A DNA stretch of 64,000 nt from an uncultured Alphaproteobacteria bacterium (lineage in GTDB: Bacteria; Pseudomonadota; Alphaproteobacteria; HIMB59; GCA-002718135). A model generated the notes under the pieces. The model did not search any database and had not been told where the DNA came from. It was given only the letters and a program-made list of their open reading frames with translations. The translations under genes and the position numbers were made by a program. The stretch spans positions 2,427-66,426 of the forward strand of contig CACLJX010000008.1 of assembly GCA_902607435.1 (NCBI GenBank). Reading direction: 5' to 3'. Position 1 is the stretch's first letter; the number at the start of each line of letters is the position of its first letter. Of the stretch, positions 61,249-64,000 are shown in pieces.

Positions 61249-61415
61249 TAATTTTAGCGATATTCCCTTATTTGATTCACTTCATATTCAAAAAATGTTC
61301 ATTTGGTTATCGTAATTTGCACCCCTGTTAATAGTATATAAGCAACTAACGAAATGATCTCATTAATGTAAGAAAATAAAAAAGGCTTAAGTAGTGCAAG
61401 TACAATATAGCAACA

Positions 61416-62510
61416 TCATATTAAAGATTTTGTTTCTCCTATAGAGAGTTGCCATACTTGATTTGCTTGATATCCTTTTAGTTGCGCTGCTTTCTTAAAT
61501 TTTATTGGTGATTCCCACGGATCTTCTGCGCTTAATCGAATAGTTCCCCAATGCATACCGAGAATATTTTTACTATTGAGCATAGAGGTAATCTCAACAG
61601 CCTCTTCTGGTGTGCAGTGTGATGCTTGCATCATCCCTCTTGGTTTATAGGCTCCAATGGAAATAATTGATAAATCAAAAGGTCCCAATCTCTCCCCAAT
61701 TTCTGAAAACATAGGTCCATAAGCTGTATCACCACTAAAATAAATTTTCTTTGACTGATAGGAGATCGTGTATCCATTCCATAAAGTAGAATTGTATTTT
61801 TGTCCTAAGCGTCTTGACCAATGATAGGCTGGTACGGCTGTAATAGTAAAATTATTATTTTTATTTTCATCGTACCAATCAAGTTCGTTTATTTTTTTAT
61901 AACCAAGGCTAGTAAATGTTCTGGATAGTTTTAAAGGACAAATAACAGTAATATTTTTTTTATTCTTAATTTTTTTTAGAGTTCGAATATCTAAATGATC
62001 ATAGTGATTATGACTAATTAAAATAGTATTAATTTTAGGTAAGTCAGTTACCTTCATAGCTGCAGGAACATACCGATTGGGCCCAACACCAAAAGGACCT
62101 GCGGTCTTTGATAGAAAAGGATCAGTCAAAATAAACTCTTTTTCTAATTTAATTAAAAATGCTGCATGTCCTAACCATGTAATACTTATAGGATCAATAT
62201 TTTCATGAAATTGTTCAAGTGTTTTTTCATGTGTGAGTACATGTTCTGGAGGAATATTATCCGGTATTTCTTTTTGATCAAACATTTCTCTTTTAATGAT
62301 CCCTTTATAAAAAAAACGAAAAAAATTTAGAGATGAATGACTAGAAGAAATTTCACGTTTGGGACTTCCTGGCAAATTACGGAAAGTTCCGTCAGATAAA
62401 TGGTGATAAGGTAAAGATTCCACTGCTTTTACTGTTTTAAAATATTTTATACTAATTAATATTGCAAAAAAACCAAAGATAATTTTTACAAATTGACGTC
62501 GACTTCGCAT
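61416..62510 (-). CDS. Metallo-beta-lactamase-fold hydrolase (RomA/NAPE-PLD-like) with twin-arginine-like N-terminus
   Basis: SRRQF, TWLGHA, LTDP, SHNHYDHLD, HWSRR, GDT.Y, MHWGT. Confidence 0.88.
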   Translation of the reverse strand: MRSRRQFVKIIFGFFAILISIKYFKTVKAVESLPYHHLSDGTFRNLPGSPKREISSSHSSLNFFRFFYKGIIKREMFDQKEIPDNIPPEHVLTHEKTLEQFHENIDPISITWLGHAAFLIKLEKEFILTDPFLSKTAGPFGVGPNRYVPAAMKVTDLPKINTILISHNHYDHLDIRTLKKIKNKKNITVICPLKLSRTFTSLGYKKINELDWYDENKNNNFTITAVPAYHWSRRLGQKYNSTLWNGYTISYQSKKIYFSGDTAYGPMFSEIGERLGPFDLSIISIGAYKPRGMMQASHCTPEEAVEITSMLNSKNILGMHWGTIRLSAEDPWESPIKFKKAAQLKGYQANQVWQLSIGETKSLI

Positions 62511-62566
62511 ACAATAATAACGTATATAATGATAAAAATAAAATTGAACAAATATAAAAGGTTTTA

Positions 62567-63721
62567 ATGAGAGGTTTTAGTACTACTGAATTTGAAGAGC
62601 GATTAAGAAGAGCACGTCTATTAATGCAAGAAAAAAAATTTGAGATGCTGCTTATTACATCGCCACATAACTTTCGTTATTTTACTGGATTGGATTCCTA
62701 TTTTTGGGAAAGTCCAACACGTCCATGGTTTTTATTATTATCACTGAATCATGATCCAATAACAATTGTTCCTTCCATCGGAAAAACTGCTCTTCAAAAA
62801 ACTTGGATTAAAAATGTTAAAACATGGCAATCCCCTAACCACAAAGATGAAGGAATAACAGTACTTCAAGATACGATTCTCTCCATACAATCAAATCAAT
62901 GTTCTATTGGATGTGAAATAGGGATGGAAAGTCAACTGCGCATGCCTGTTAATGATTTTCAAAAATTAAAAACTAATCTCTCAGATCATAGTTTTGTTGA
63001 TGCAAGTCCGCTTATTTGGAAATTAAGAATGATTAAATCGGAAAATGAAATTTATAAAATAAAAAAAATTATTTCTATAGCTAGTAATGTTTTTGATGAA
63101 CTGCCAAAAGATTTACAAATAGGTCAATCTGAAATTGAGATATGTAATATAATGAAAAAAAAAATGCTAGATCTAGGAGCAGATCATACTTTGTATATGT
63201 CCTGTGCTTCTGGTCCTGGGGGCTATGATCAAATTATTTGTGATCCAACAGAAAAAAAATTGCAGGATGGAGATATTCTCATCATCGATACAGGTACAAC
63301 ACTAGATGGTTATTTTTGTGATTTTGATCGTAATTTTGGATTTGGCAAAATAGCAGACAGCGCAAAAATAGCTTATGAAATTTTATGGCTAGCAGCTGAA
63401 GCAGGTATGAATAGTGCTAAACCAGGAGCAACTTGCGCTGATGTGAGCAATGCCATGCTCTCCATTCTTCAAAAAGAGGGACTTTCGTCAAATAGTGTTG
63501 GACGCATGGGGCACGGCTTAGGTTTGCAAATGACAGAACCGCCAAGCATTATGTCAAATGACAATACAGTCCTAGAAGAAAACATGGTGATTGCCATTGA
63601 ACCTTGTTTTGAATATGCACCTGGTACGATGCTTGTGCATGAAGAAAATATTTTAATAACTAATAATGGATATGAGAGACTTACATCTCGTACCCCACAA
63701 ACTATTCCAATAATCAATTGA
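62567..63721 (+). CDS. M24 family metallopeptidase (Xaa-Pro type)
   Basis: Creatinase-like N domain; metal ligands in IDTG....GYFCD, GHGLG, IEP, HEE. Confidence 0.9.
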   Translation: MRGFSTTEFEERLRRARLLMQEKKFEMLLITSPHNFRYFTGLDSYFWESPTRPWFLLLSLNHDPITIVPSIGKTALQKTWIKNVKTWQSPNHKDEGITVLQDTILSIQSNQCSIGCEIGMESQLRMPVNDFQKLKTNLSDHSFVDASPLIWKLRMIKSENEIYKIKKIISIASNVFDELPKDLQIGQSEIEICNIMKKKMLDLGADHTLYMSCASGPGGYDQIICDPTEKKLQDGDILIIDTGTTLDGYFCDFDRNFGFGKIADSAKIAYEILWLAAEAGMNSAKPGATCADVSNAMLSILQKEGLSSNSVGRMGHGLGLQMTEPPSIMSNDNTVLEENMVIAIEPCFEYAPGTMLVHEENILITNNGYERLTSRTPQTIPIIN

Positions 63722-63739
63722 TATTATTATAATGAAGAA

Positions 63740-64000
63740 TCATGAATAAATAGATTCAATTTTTGGCATTAAACTAATTAATTCTTTAGTGTATTGATGA
63801 TTAGGATTGTTAAAAAGATTTTCAGTTTTTTCAACTTCGCATAAATTGCCGTTTTTTAATACTGCTATCCTATCACACATTTGCCTAACTACAGGCAGAT
63901 CATGACTAATAAATAAAATTGTTAAATTCAATTCCTCTTGAAGATCCTTTAAGAGGTTAAGAATTTGGGCTTGAATACTTACATCTAAAGCAGATGTTGG
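63740..64000 (-). CDS. Peptide/nickel ABC transporter ATP-binding protein, C-terminal part (truncated by window edge)
   Basis: Open from 64000: [35 protein letters not shown]...P.HQYT..LI. Confidence 0.93.
   Translation of the reverse strand, partial: PTSALDVSIQAQILNLLKDLQEELNLTILFISHDLPVVRQMCDRIAVLKNGNLCEVEKTENLFNNPNHQYTKELISLMPKIESIYS

Noticed and set aside
61170-61251. Intact tRNA-Gly gene
   Set aside because: No 5' acceptor strand, D-arm or anticodon arm; T-stem mismatched; no CCA. Kept only as a remnant.
61299-61415. Hydrophobic 38-codon in-frame continuation after the MBL gene's TGA (readthrough or recoding?)
   Set aside because: The protein already ends at a normal family C-terminus, other genes use TGA as a stop, and no SECIS-like hairpin is evident.
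615-63717. Short ORFs in the track that lie antisense to or nested in long genes (e.g. 814-1113, 32007-32276, 38362-38727, 52571-52996, 63469-63717)
   Set aside because: They are shadow frames of well-supported genes and have no motifs.
62567-63721. DddP DMSP lyase or ectoine hydrolase assignment for the M24 gene
   Set aside because: Only family-level metal ligands are recognisable; no supporting length or context evidence.
1-64000. CRISPR arrays, IS elements, prophage, defence systems, rRNA
   Set aside because: No spaced repeats, transposase, integrase, phage or defence-like ORFs; the longest intergenic gap is about 260 bp.

Overview
Very AT-rich, tightly packed bacterial chromosome segment with an alphaproteobacterial gene set and gene order (class I LysRS, split PntA, CobS/CobT, COQ9, DUF1178). 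It is most consistent with a streamlined marine alphaproteobacterium (Pelagibacterales/HIMB59-like; inferred, not proven). About 60 CDSs are mostly core housekeeping or central metabolism. I found no rRNA, intact tRNA, CRISPR array, transposase, integrase or phage gene. Best leads: (1) an oxalyl-CoA synthetase / PanE2-like oxalyl-CoA reductase / TSUP transporter / aminotransferase operon with no oxc/frc in the window; (2) a YhhQ + atypical 'GGSLG' TGT queuine-salvage module downstream of rpmB; (3) a split saccharopine-pathway pair; (4) a decayed 3' half of tRNA-Gly (att-like scar) beside a sulfotransferase/FkbM pair; (5) a perfect inverted-repeat operator over the promoter of a MarR gene; (6) an unannotated 42-aa membrane ORF. 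All calls come from motif recognition by eye; no database searches were run.
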